From: Candidatus Velthaea sp.
GTDB taxonomy: Bacteria; Vulcanimicrobiota; Vulcanimicrobiia; Vulcanimicrobiales; Vulcanimicrobiaceae
Reading direction: 5' to 3'
Assembly (NCBI GenBank): GCA_965214935.1
Contig: CBDCCS010000018.1
Span: forward strand, 96,001-160,000
Length of the DNA stretch: 64,000 bases
Both the position numbers and the translations under genes were made by a program. The notes beneath the pieces are model-generated. The model did not search any database. It saw only the letters and a program-made list of their open reading frames with translations, and had not been told where the DNA came from. The stretch's first letter is position 1, and each line of letters starts with the position of its first letter. Below, in pieces: positions 39,936-48,898 of the stretch.

Positions 39936-40025
39936 AGTTGACTTCGGATTGCTTACAAATGATCATAGCTGTAACCTATCACCAGGCTTTTGAAGCGGCA
40001 AGCAATTGCCGAAAGAAATGACGGT

Positions 40026-40652
40026 ATGACAACCGCTATCAGTCTGTCAGCTCCCGAATCGGATTACGCTCGCAAGACCCGGGCGCGCATCATGGCGGCA
40101 GCGGAAAAGCGTTTTCGCTATTACGGTTACGGCAAGACGACCATCGTCGACATCGCGAGCGATTGCGCAATGTCACATGCGAACGTCTATCGCTTTTTCC
40201 GCAACAAAACCGAACTTGTCGATGCGATTGCCGCGACGTGGTTGGCGAAAAGCGAGCGCGTCTGCCGTAACGTGGCTGACCGGCCACAATTCGCAACGCT
40301 CCGTCTCGTTGATTTTGTCGTGGAACTTCATCGCTGGAAACGCCGCGAATATTTGCGCGATACACGTACGCACGAGCTGCTTTCGCTTGCCAGTTTCGAC
40401 GGCCGTCCGTTCGTCGCGGCGCACCTCGGCGTGCTCGCCGGGATTCTCGTCGAAATCATCGATGACGGCAATCGGCACGCTGAGTTTGCGGTCGACGATC
40501 CGCCTGCATTGGCACGCGTCATTCAAACCGCAACGATGAAGTTTTGCGATCCGCGGCTGGTCGCGCAATACCACGACGAGCCACTCGAAGACCAAGCCCG
40601 CGAAGTCATGCACGCGTTGATCGGTGGCCTGCCGCGGGTTTGCGCCACGTAA
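40026..40652 (+). CDS. TetR family transcriptional regulator
   Basis: YGYGKTTIVDIA...MSHANVYRFF.NK HTH; divergent from the AKR gene. Confidence 0.92.
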   Translation: MTTAISLSAPESDYARKTRARIMAAAEKRFRYYGYGKTTIVDIASDCAMSHANVYRFFRNKTELVDAIAATWLAKSERVCRNVADRPQFATLRLVDFVVELHRWKRREYLRDTRTHELLSLASFDGRPFVAAHLGVLAGILVEIIDDGNRHAEFAVDDPPALARVIQTATMKFCDPRLVAQYHDEPLEDQAREVMHALIGGLPRVCAT

Positions 40653-40716
40653 GCTGCCGCGTCGTGCAACATGCGTCGGTCGAGCGCGACCGGTGCAATC
40701 GGCAAGCGCCAAACCG

Positions 40717-40751
40717 AAAAAAAGAGCCGGCGCATTGGCCGGCTCTTCTTT
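40717..40751. terminator. Bidirectional intrinsic terminator
   Basis: A-tract, stem AAGAGCCGG/CCGGCTCTT and trailing T-rich run, between the convergent TetR and cytochrome b genes. Confidence 0.8.
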
Positions 40752-40781
40752 CAATTACTTCGACGTCGCGTGGGCGAAGAA

Positions 40782-42326
40782 TTACTTCGCGCCCCCCGTT
40801 ACGTCTGCGGTCTTAACGGGGGAAGCCTTGTTACCCCAACTCGAGCGAATGTAGGTAATCACGTCGGCAATCTGCTGATCGGTGAGATTGCCTTTCCATG
40901 CCGGCATCTGACCGTTATACGAGGCGGAGCCAACTTTGATCGGACCGTTCATGCCGTAATTGAGTGTATGTATGACGGCCTTATCGTCGCCCGTCACGTA
41001 CGCGTTTCCAGCTAATGGCGGGAAAACACCGGCTTGACCGGCACCCGCGGCGCCGTGGCAACCGGCACAATTGGCGCCGAACACGGTGCCGCCGGCAGCC
41101 GCATTGCCGGAGCCACCGCCCGCAGCGGCAACTTGCGTTCCACCGGTACCGCCGCCGCCTGCAGCCGCAGCCTTTTCGACCGGCGGTGCGCCGTTCATGC
41201 CGACCGGCGCGGTAGCAGCTTGCGCAACACCGGGTCCGGCGACGCCATGCAGCACCTGCTGGTTTTGCACGTTCACTTGGCCGATGACGCTAAGCGCCAC
41301 CGCGCCGAACATCGTTGCTGCGGTTAGACCCAACACCCACGGGCGGCGTGACAGCCGCCGGGACGGATTGCGATCGATGAAGGGCAGCAAGATGAGCACG
41401 AGCACCAGGCCGCCGGGAACGACGACGGTTGCAAACAGATCGAGCAGTTCAAGCAGCGTCGGATTTTGCACGCCACCCACAATATTGAGCAGCGCAAAGA
41501 GCGCCATGAAATACCACGCCGGGTACGGGACGAACGCTGTATTATTCGGGTCGGCCTTCGCATCGATCGTGGCGGGAGAGATGAACGCGAGCGCGACGAT
41601 CACAACGAACATCGCAAACGAGACGACCGTATCCATAAACATCTGGTCGGGCCAGAAACGGCCCGGTTTGAGTTTCGGCGCTTCGTCGATCGGCGGTCCG
41701 GCAGGGCCATTCCAGCGAAAGATGGCAAGATGCGCGCCGACAAGCGCAACGAGAATCGCCGGCGTCAACCAAACATGAATGCCGAAAAAGCGATTGATCG
41801 TCAGCGTGCCGATGCTGGCGCCGTCCTGCAAGAAGTTCAACGTCGGGCCGCCGACAAGCGGCACCGAGCCGGCAATCGAGATCGCGACCTTCGATGCTAA
41901 CAGCGCATTGAGATCCCAAGGCAGCAAGTAGCCGGTCAGCCCGAGAACGAGCGTTAGGATGAACAAAATGACGCCGACGATCCACTGTAATTCGCGCGGC
42001 TTCTTGTAGGCGCCCCACAGCAAAACTTGCAGTAAGTGCATCGCCATGAACGCGATCATTGCCGACGCACCCCAATAGTGCAGCGACAGCACTAATCCAC
42101 CAAGCGGAACTTTGTCGATGATATACTTCGTCGACTCCCACGCAGTCGATGCCGACGGCGAGTAGTAGAACGTGAGAAAGATACCGGTGACGATCTGCAA
42201 CAGCATCGCGAACACCGTCGCCGAGCCGAAGGCGTACCAGTAACTAGCGCCGCCCGGGACATCTTCAGTTAAAAAGCCCTTTGTGAGCGTAACGAAGCCG
42301 GTGCGTTGGTCGAGCCAGGTAAGCAT
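40782..42326 (-). CDS. qcrB: Cytochrome b (b6-type) + subunit IV + monoheme cytochrome c fusion of a Rieske/cytochrome b complex
   Basis: QIVTGIFL, SLHYWGAS...MHL, TGYLLPWD, RFFGIHV...AHL, FWPDQ, PAWYF; C-terminal CAGCH, FPPL, MPAW. Confidence 0.92.
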   Translation of the reverse strand: MLTWLDQRTGFVTLTKGFLTEDVPGGASYWYAFGSATVFAMLLQIVTGIFLTFYYSPSASTAWESTKYIIDKVPLGGLVLSLHYWGASAMIAFMAMHLLQVLLWGAYKKPRELQWIVGVILFILTLVLGLTGYLLPWDLNALLASKVAISIAGSVPLVGGPTLNFLQDGASIGTLTINRFFGIHVWLTPAILVALVGAHLAIFRWNGPAGPPIDEAPKLKPGRFWPDQMFMDTVVSFAMFVVIVALAFISPATIDAKADPNNTAFVPYPAWYFMALFALLNIVGGVQNPTLLELLDLFATVVVPGGLVLVLILLPFIDRNPSRRLSRRPWVLGLTAATMFGAVALSVIGQVNVQNQQVLHGVAGPGVAQAATAPVGMNGAPPVEKAAAAGGGGTGGTQVAAAGGGSGNAAAGGTVFGANCAGCHGAAGAGQAGVFPPLAGNAYVTGDDKAVIHTLNYGMNGPIKVGSASYNGQMPAWKGNLTDQQIADVITYIRSSWGNKASPVKTADVTGGAK

Positions 42327-42338
42327 CGAAATGAGCCT

Positions 42339-42971
42339 CTAGGTGGAGTACGAGAGAACGACATGGTCCGGTACGTTTTGTTCGTACTGGATCCAGGTGA
42401 TTTGTGCAGTTCCGGATTGTTCGCGCAGGGGCAGCGGATCGAGACCGCGCTGGGCCGGACCGGCGATATGCTCGCCGACGGTCGTATAGACCGAACCGTG
42501 ACACGGGCACGCAAACTTGCCTGATTGATCGTTATAGGCATAGCGGCAGCCGAGATGCGGACAGATCGGGCTAAAAATGACGAAGCCCATATTGACGACC
42601 GGATACGACAACTTCGCGGCACTCTCAAAGAGTTCGGGCCGTTTGCTTTTCATCGTTGCTTCATCGGTCTTGATCGCCCAGACAAACTCATCGGCCGACG
42701 CTTCGGGCAAGTAGCCATCTTTCGTCTTCACCGCAAAGCTGACTTTAATCGGCTTATCCGTTGCTTTTTTTAGCTGCGCAAGTTCGTCAGCGGTAAGCGG
42801 CGACCAGTTCGATGCAAGCGCATCTTGAGCGGGGATGAGCGACGTTACGACCGGGATCGCAATCCCGAGCCCGATCACTCCGCCGAGGGCAATCGTTGCT
42901 TGCACCATGAAAGTGCGGCGCGTTTGCTCAGCAGGAGTACCTTCGTCTTTATACGCCTCGGCGTGGCCCAT
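42339..42971 (-). CDS. qcrA: Rieske iron-sulfur subunit
   Basis: Tat motif TRRTFM plus TM anchor; CPHLGC and CPCHGSVY; GPA.RGL. Confidence 0.93.
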   Translation of the reverse strand: MGHAEAYKDEGTPAEQTRRTFMVQATIALGGVIGLGIAIPVVTSLIPAQDALASNWSPLTADELAQLKKATDKPIKVSFAVKTKDGYLPEASADEFVWAIKTDEATMKSKRPELFESAAKLSYPVVNMGFVIFSPICPHLGCRYAYNDQSGKFACPCHGSVYTTVGEHIAGPAQRGLDPLPLREQSGTAQITWIQYEQNVPDHVVLSYST

Positions 42972-43087
42972 TGTTTCCCCTAATTAACAGTGCGGCGGTT
43001 ATAAATTGCACGTGCGAAGCCGCGAATACACGGCAAAACGTACGTCGCTTCGTTTCACCAACGGATGTTTTCCTACTGCACTCGGGA

Positions 43088-43102
43088 TGTTAGACTGTTC
43101 CG
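43088..43102 (+). promoter_or_regulatory. Extended -10 promoter (TG-T-TAGACT) 6 nt before the MFS ATG; probable leaderless transcript
   Basis: TGTTAGACTGTTCCG-ATG, with no SD. Confidence 0.55.
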
Positions 43103-44254
43103 ATGGCGTACGCGGTTCTGATTGTCAGCGCATTCTTCATCGAGATTGCACTCAATCTTCCGCTTGGGTCGTTACCGTTGGCACTCAGCGCCGATCGCGT
43201 AGCGCCGGGCATCGTTGCACTCATTGTCGGCGCCGGTTCGTTTGCCGCATTTGCCGTTAGCATTCCGATCGGCGGACTTGCCGATCGCTATGGCCGCTTG
43301 CTTACAATCCGCATTGCAGCAGTGCTTTGCAGTGCTTCGATGGTCGGACTTGCGTTTGCAACGCACCCGTTCATCGACGGCACGATCATGGCACTGCGCG
43401 GCGTTGCAATCACTGCTTTTATTACGGCAGAATACGCGTACGCTAGTTCGGTGGTGGCACCCGAGCGTGCCGTGACCGCCACGGCAACATTGGGGATGGT
43501 CGGAAATCTCAGCTTTGCGACCGCACCGGCTGCAGGTTTTTGGCTCTGGCAACATGGCGTTTATCGCGAGCAGTATCTCGTCGCTGCGGCCGTCGCTTTC
43601 GCCGGTGCGCTGTGCCTGGTGCGCTTACCGCGAGAAAGCGGCACGCGGGTGCGGCGTTCGCGCAAGATCTTCATCCGTTCGGTCTGGCTGCCGGCAATTA
43701 CGTTTCTTGTTGCCTGCAGTCTGGCCGGCGGAGTGAACGGATCGCTAGCGATTTTAACGTTTGAGGCGCGCGGCATCGCCAATGGTGCGTTGCTTTTTAC
43801 TGCCATGGCGACCACGACGTTTGCATTGCGCTTCCTCGCCGGACGGCTCGTCGACCGCATCGGTCCGCGGCTTGTCTCGATCCCGACGGCACTCGTACAA
43901 TGTGGCGGCGCGCTGCTCGCCGCACACGCGCAATCGCCGCTCCAGGTAACGCTGGCCGGCTTACTGCTGGGCATCGCCTGGTCCGCGGTCGTGCCGATCG
44001 GCATCGCCTTGTTGTTCGAGCGTAGTTCTAAAGCGACGCGCGGCGCGGCGATGGGTTCGTACAACCTTGCCTTTAGCATCGGAATGACGGCCGGTGCGGT
44101 GCTTGCTGCGGCTGCAGCTGCGAGCGGAGCGGGCTACACCACGGCGATGTCGCTCTGTGCGACGGCGGCGGTCGCGAGCGTGCCGTGGCTGTTTGCGAGC
44201 GGCCCGCCGCGAACGGTGCGGCGCCGGGCGCTTCGGCTTGCTACGCAGGGATAG
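43103..44254 (+). CDS. MFS transporter
   Basis: GGLADRYGR and GRLVDRIGPR motif A copies; about 12 TM. Confidence 0.88.
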   Translation: MAYAVLIVSAFFIEIALNLPLGSLPLALSADRVAPGIVALIVGAGSFAAFAVSIPIGGLADRYGRLLTIRIAAVLCSASMVGLAFATHPFIDGTIMALRGVAITAFITAEYAYASSVVAPERAVTATATLGMVGNLSFATAPAAGFWLWQHGVYREQYLVAAAVAFAGALCLVRLPRESGTRVRRSRKIFIRSVWLPAITFLVACSLAGGVNGSLAILTFEARGIANGALLFTAMATTTFALRFLAGRLVDRIGPRLVSIPTALVQCGGALLAAHAQSPLQVTLAGLLLGIAWSAVVPIGIALLFERSSKATRGAAMGSYNLAFSIGMTAGAVLAAAAAASGAGYTTAMSLCATAAVASVPWLFASGPPRTVRRRALRLATQG

Positions 44255-44283
44255 CCGCGCGACGTACGGGTAAGGAGTGCAGC

Positions 44284-44520
44284 GTGAACGATCAAGAATT
44301 ACACCAACAAATCGAACGTCTCGTCGCCGAGGAGCACACGCTGTTCGACAAAGGCACCGGGATGTCGTCGGACGACAAGCGGAGGCTCGGCGACGTCAAC
44401 GTTCAGCTCGACAAACTCTGGGATTTGATGCGCCAGCGTCGCGCGCGTGAAGAATTCGGTCAAGACCCCGATAGCGCGCACGAGCGTCCGGCCGAAGTGG
44501 TCGAAGAATACTTGCAGTAA
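44284..44520 (+). CDS. DUF2630 family protein
   Basis: GTG after AAGGAG; IERLVAEEH, LDKLWDLMRQRRAREE, RPAEVVEEY. Confidence 0.88.
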   Translation: MNDQELHQQIERLVAEEHTLFDKGTGMSSDDKRRLGDVNVQLDKLWDLMRQRRAREEFGQDPDSAHERPAEVVEEYLQ

Positions 44521-44558
44521 GCCGCGACGGGATCATGCCGACGATCGAATGCAAGTGG

Positions 44559-46046
44559 TCAGGACGAACAGCTAACGGATATTTTGGCTGCCCAATCCGG
44601 CGGTGCGTCCGCATAACGCTCGTAGCCGGGATGCTCGTCGAACGGCCGGCGTAAGAGTGCATGCAAAATCGAAATCTCGTCGAAATCGCCGCGTTGCGCA
44701 CGCTCGATTGCCGTCTGCGCGAGATAGTTCCGTAAGATAAATTTCGGATTGACGGCGTTTTTGCTCGACCGGCGTTGCGACGGCGATGTTGTTTCGCCTT
44801 CAAGCCGTGCGCGGTATCGATTCTGCCATGCATACCAGGCGTCACGATCGGAAAAAAACTCGGCGACGGCGTCATCGGCGGGTGAACTGGCTCGATCGAT
44901 CGCCGCGAGTGCGCGAAAGAAGCGTGTGTAATCAACGCGGTCCGCTGCGAGCAGATCGAGCAATGCGCTGATGAGGTCGCTGTCGCCCGGCTCCGCTGCA
45001 ACAAGCCCGAGCTTCGCGCGCATCCGCTCGAGATAGGCCGCGCGATAGGTCGCTTCATACGTTGCCAGCGTGGCGGTGAGATCGTCCTTCGAGATCAGCG
45101 ACAACAACGCGTTGGCCAAGGCGTAGCAATTCCACAAACCGATCGCCGGTTGAGCGTTGAATGCATAGCGGCCGCCGGCATCGGTGTGGTTGCAGATAAA
45201 GCCCGGCTCGTAGACGTCAAGAAATCCGAACGGACCATAATCGAGCGTCAAACCGGCGATCGAGAAATTGTCGGTATTCATGACGCCGTGCGCAAAGCCG
45301 ATGGATTGCCATCCGGCCATGAGCCGGGCGGTCGCCTCGACGATACCGCTGAAGAAGCGCACGTAGCGGCCGGCATCGTCCGGCGCGGCAATCGCTCCAC
45401 GTTCGATCGCGTAATCGGCGAGGAGCGCAACTTCGGCCGATTGGCCGCGTGAAGCAAACAACTCGAACGAGCCGAACCGCACGAACGTCGGCGCCATGCG
45501 CACCAGCACCGCGGCCGTCTCGATCGTTTCACGGTAGACCGCCTCAGCGCTGCCCGTCATCGCCAGTGCACGCGTCGTCGGAATGCCTAAAGCATGGATT
45601 GCTTCGCTGCACAAATATTCGCGAATCGTCGAACGCAGCACCGCGCGGCCGTCGGCGAACCGTGAGAACGCGGTCATCCCGGCGCCTTTGAGTTGCAATT
45701 CCCAACGCGCACCGCTTGGCGTCCGGACCTCACCCAGTAAGAGTGCGCGACCGTCGCCCAACTGCGCCACGAACGTACCGAATTGATGGCCGGCGTAGAT
45801 GGCCGCCAGCGGTTCCATGCCGGGCAGCAAAGCATTTCCCGCTGCGACGTCGACGAAAAGCGCGCGTTGCGCTTGGTCCGCATCGAGCCCGATCAGCGCG
45901 GCGGCGTCCGGGTTGAATGCGATGAGGTGCGGTTCACCGATACCGGTCGGCGTGCGGCGCTCGTAGAATGCCGCGGGTAAGCGCGCGAAGCTGTTATCGA
46001 AACGCAAGCTTTCGAGCGTACCGCCGAGTTGGGCAAGAGTATCCAT
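44559..46046 (-). CDS. selO: Protein adenylyltransferase SelO (YdiU)
   Basis: YAGHQFG, QLGDGRA, QLKGAG.T.FSR.ADGRAVLRS, HGVMNTDN, DYGP, C-terminal SCSS; true start MDTLAQ at 46046. Confidence 0.95.
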   Translation of the reverse strand: MDTLAQLGGTLESLRFDNSFARLPAAFYERRTPTGIGEPHLIAFNPDAAALIGLDADQAQRALFVDVAAGNALLPGMEPLAAIYAGHQFGTFVAQLGDGRALLLGEVRTPSGARWELQLKGAGMTAFSRFADGRAVLRSTIREYLCSEAIHALGIPTTRALAMTGSAEAVYRETIETAAVLVRMAPTFVRFGSFELFASRGQSAEVALLADYAIERGAIAAPDDAGRYVRFFSGIVEATARLMAGWQSIGFAHGVMNTDNFSIAGLTLDYGPFGFLDVYEPGFICNHTDAGGRYAFNAQPAIGLWNCYALANALLSLISKDDLTATLATYEATYRAAYLERMRAKLGLVAAEPGDSDLISALLDLLAADRVDYTRFFRALAAIDRASSPADDAVAEFFSDRDAWYAWQNRYRARLEGETTSPSQRRSSKNAVNPKFILRNYLAQTAIERAQRGDFDEISILHALLRRPFDEHPGYERYADAPPDWAAKISVSCSS

Positions 46047-46120
46047 CGAAATTTTCAACCGCCGATCGTGGCTCGGCGTTGCGACGCAGCCGGTTGACGT
46101 GTCGCACTCGGCGCTCGCAG

Positions 46121-47296
46121 CTAGGCTGCTTCGCGCGTGACGGGTGCTCCGAACCAAAATACCAGCGCCGCTGCGCACACCAAGAAACCGGAAGTTGCCA
46201 ACGTCAGATTGCTGCCGTAACGCGCCGCGAACGCGCCGAGCAAAAGCGAACCGATCGGAATACCACCTAAGAACGCGAGTGAGAAGATTGCATTCGCCCG
46301 GCCGCGCTGCGTTTCGCTTGCGCATTCTTGAACGTACGTGTTCGCGAGCGCGTACATGAGGGTGTCGACGGTGCCCATCGCCGCGAGCAGCAACAACGCT
46401 GCCCATAACGCGTGGACGAGCGTAAAGAGCACCAGTAACGCAGCGCCGCTGAACGAGGCGATCGGCACAAGCCGGCCTTTGTGCCGCAGGTCGCCGGCAA
46501 TCGCAAGCGCGATCCCTCCGCCGATCGCGCCGATTCCGCCGGCGGCTGCCATCAGACCGTAAAGCCGGGCGTCGGCGCCGAAGCCGTTGCGCGCGATGTC
46601 CGGCAACAGCGCGATGTATGGTGTCACGCCGACCGTAAACGTCGCGATAAAAAGTGAAAAGATGATGATTTCGCGCGGCTGCGCGGCACGCTCGATCGCA
46701 ACGTTTTTTACCGATTCTCGGGGTGTCTTCGATCGCAGCAGCAATGCTAGAACGGCGATCGGCAACGTCAGCACGGCATACGCGGCATAGCCGGCTGCAA
46801 CGCCGATCGTTGCGATCGCCGCACCGCCGACCGCCGGGCCGATGGTCCGTGCAACGGACCACTCGAGGGATGACAAGGCGATCGAACTGCCCAGTTCGTG
46901 CCCGCGGACGATATCGTATAGCCAGGCACGATCGACGGGATGTTCGAGTGCCGTTATGGTTCCGGCGACAAACACGAGTACGAGCAACCACCAAACGGTT
47001 ATGACGCCCGTTGCAATCAGCGCTGCCGATAGCAGAGCGACCATCGCCAACACGATGTTGTTGAGTGCGACCACCGCGCGCCGGTCGTAACGATCGGCCA
47101 AGTCGCCACCGGCAAGCGAGAATAGCAGGTAGGGCAACTGCGCGACCGCCGCGACCGCTCCAAGCCAAAACGGCGAGTTCGTAAAGCTACTGACCAGCCA
47201 GCCCTGCGCGATGAGCGCGATCCAATAGCCGCCGTCGGCAAGCGCCGCCGTAACAAGATAGGCCACGAAACGTCGATTTGAAAGTGCGGCGCCCAT
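46121..47296 (-). CDS. MFS transporter (MFS_3-like)
   Basis: GGDLADRYDRR, ARTIGPAVGG, QRGRA; about 12 TM. Confidence 0.88.
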   Translation of the reverse strand: MGAALSNRRFVAYLVTAALADGGYWIALIAQGWLVSSFTNSPFWLGAVAAVAQLPYLLFSLAGGDLADRYDRRAVVALNNIVLAMVALLSAALIATGVITVWWLLVLVFVAGTITALEHPVDRAWLYDIVRGHELGSSIALSSLEWSVARTIGPAVGGAAIATIGVAAGYAAYAVLTLPIAVLALLLRSKTPRESVKNVAIERAAQPREIIIFSLFIATFTVGVTPYIALLPDIARNGFGADARLYGLMAAAGGIGAIGGGIALAIAGDLRHKGRLVPIASFSGAALLVLFTLVHALWAALLLLAAMGTVDTLMYALANTYVQECASETQRGRANAIFSLAFLGGIPIGSLLLGAFAARYGSNLTLATSGFLVCAAALVFWFGAPVTREAA

Positions 47297-47316
47297 CGGC
47301 CAATGAATACCCTAGC

Positions 47317-47835
47317 ATGCTACGTTTTATATGGGGCGTCGTCGCGACGCTCGCGGTCATATCAGCGGCGATCGTGGTGGTGGTAAAGTTCGGTCTTGTG
47401 CCTGCAACGGCGGACGTTCCACCGCCCGCGCTCGAACGAACGATGGCACATACATCGCTCGATGCAACGATCGCTCGCGATGCGCCGCAGCCGCCATATC
47501 CGTTCGCCTCTTCGGACGCTGCGATCGTCGCCGGCGCGACCTTATACACGCAACACTGCGCGATGTGTCACGGTTCGGCCGACGGCAAGCAAACGGTGCT
47601 TGCCAAAGGCCTGTATATCCGGCCGCCGCAATTCGCCAAACATGGCGTCGACGACGATCCCGAAGGCGAAACGTATTGGAAGATCGAGCATGGCATCCGC
47701 TTTACGGCGATGCCGTCGTACAAGTCCAATCTCAGCGAAGAACAGATCTGGCAGATCACCTACTTCTTAAAGAATCTGCCCGATCGCTTGCCGGCCGAAG
47801 CGCAGACGCAGTGGCATAAAGCCGCCGTCGAATGA
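47317..47835 (+). CDS. Membrane-anchored monoheme c-type cytochrome
   Basis: N-terminal TM; CAMCHG; YWKIEHGIRFTAMP. Confidence 0.9.
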   Translation: MLRFIWGVVATLAVISAAIVVVVKFGLVPATADVPPPALERTMAHTSLDATIARDAPQPPYPFASSDAAIVAGATLYTQHCAMCHGSADGKQTVLAKGLYIRPPQFAKHGVDDDPEGETYWKIEHGIRFTAMPSYKSNLSEEQIWQITYFLKNLPDRLPAEAQTQWHKAAVE

Positions 47836-47838
47836 CGC

Positions 47839-48828
47839 TTACATCTTATACGAGTGCAGCCCGCTGATGAAAATGTTCACGCCGAGATAGCAGAAGACGA
47901 TCGAGAGAAAGCCGATCACGCTGACCCACGCGGTGCGCGATCCGCGCCATGCGCTACGCGTATGCAAGTGCATGTATGCAGCATAAATGATCCATGATGT
48001 CAGGGCTGCGGTTTCCTTGGGATCCCATTGCCAATAAGCGCCCCAAGCCTCTTTGGCCCACCAAGCGCCCGTGATGATGCCGACGGTAAGCAGCGGCAGA
48101 CCAACAGCAACAATGCGGTACGTCAAAATATCGAGCTTGCCCAGCGACGGTAAGCCGGCAAGCCACAGCCCCCAAAAATCGCCGCGCGCCGCGGCGGCAT
48201 CGATGTGCGGCGTATCGCTACGGATGACACCGACCGCCGGCGCCGGCGCGGCATAAGCGGCCGACATCGAAACGCCGATCGCCGATCCGGCTCCGGCGGC
48301 CGATCCGCGCATTGCTCTGCCCGTCCCCAGGCGCTGCTCGAACGCCGCTTTTAAGAGGTACATCCCCGACACGACAAAGGCGACCATGAATGAGGCGTAC
48401 GATGCGATGACGAGCGGCACGTGGACTTTGATCCAGTACGATTGCAGTGCCGGTACCGCAGGCATGTACCCTTCGTTCCAAGTCGTCGCATAGCCGAGCG
48501 TAATCGCCGCAATGCCCAGGACGCCGAAGCCGATAAACCACAGATCGTACTTTATCGCGAAGATCATGAAAATCAGCACGCCGAACGCGCTAAATAACGA
48601 GAGCGAACCGTAAAGATTAGTCAGCGGCCAAATGCCCGTCATATTCCAGCGCGCGCCGAGTTCGGCGAACTGCGCGATGCAGCCGATCGCCGCAAGCGGC
48701 ATCCCGATTGCTTTGAGCACATTCGAGCGCGAGAGAAAATAGCCGATCAACACTAAGGTGCCGGTGACATACGCGGAGATACCGACGATGAGTAGCGTTT
48801 GATCGAGGGCTTGTTTTGCTGGATCCAT
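47839..48828 (-). CDS. ccsA: Cytochrome c biogenesis protein CcsA/ResC (system II)
   Basis: PALQSYWIKVHV, WAKEAWGAYWQWDPKET (WWD domain), SGLHSY. Confidence 0.95.
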   Translation of the reverse strand: MDPAKQALDQTLLIVGISAYVTGTLVLIGYFLSRSNVLKAIGMPLAAIGCIAQFAELGARWNMTGIWPLTNLYGSLSLFSAFGVLIFMIFAIKYDLWFIGFGVLGIAAITLGYATTWNEGYMPAVPALQSYWIKVHVPLVIASYASFMVAFVVSGMYLLKAAFEQRLGTGRAMRGSAAGAGSAIGVSMSAAYAAPAPAVGVIRSDTPHIDAAAARGDFWGLWLAGLPSLGKLDILTYRIVAVGLPLLTVGIITGAWWAKEAWGAYWQWDPKETAALTSWIIYAAYMHLHTRSAWRGSRTAWVSVIGFLSIVFCYLGVNIFISGLHSYKM

Positions 48829-48898
48829 GGACGTACTTCTCCTGTTTTATCGGACGCTTCGTGGTCGTACAAACCACAACAGCGGCTGTCAACTCGTT

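Noticed and set aside
46047..47168. Apparent 374-aa N-terminal extension making an 869-aa SelO ORF
   Set aside because: It is an alternative frame over the MFS gene, Arg-rich and without motifs; SelO homology starts at MDTLAQ (46046).
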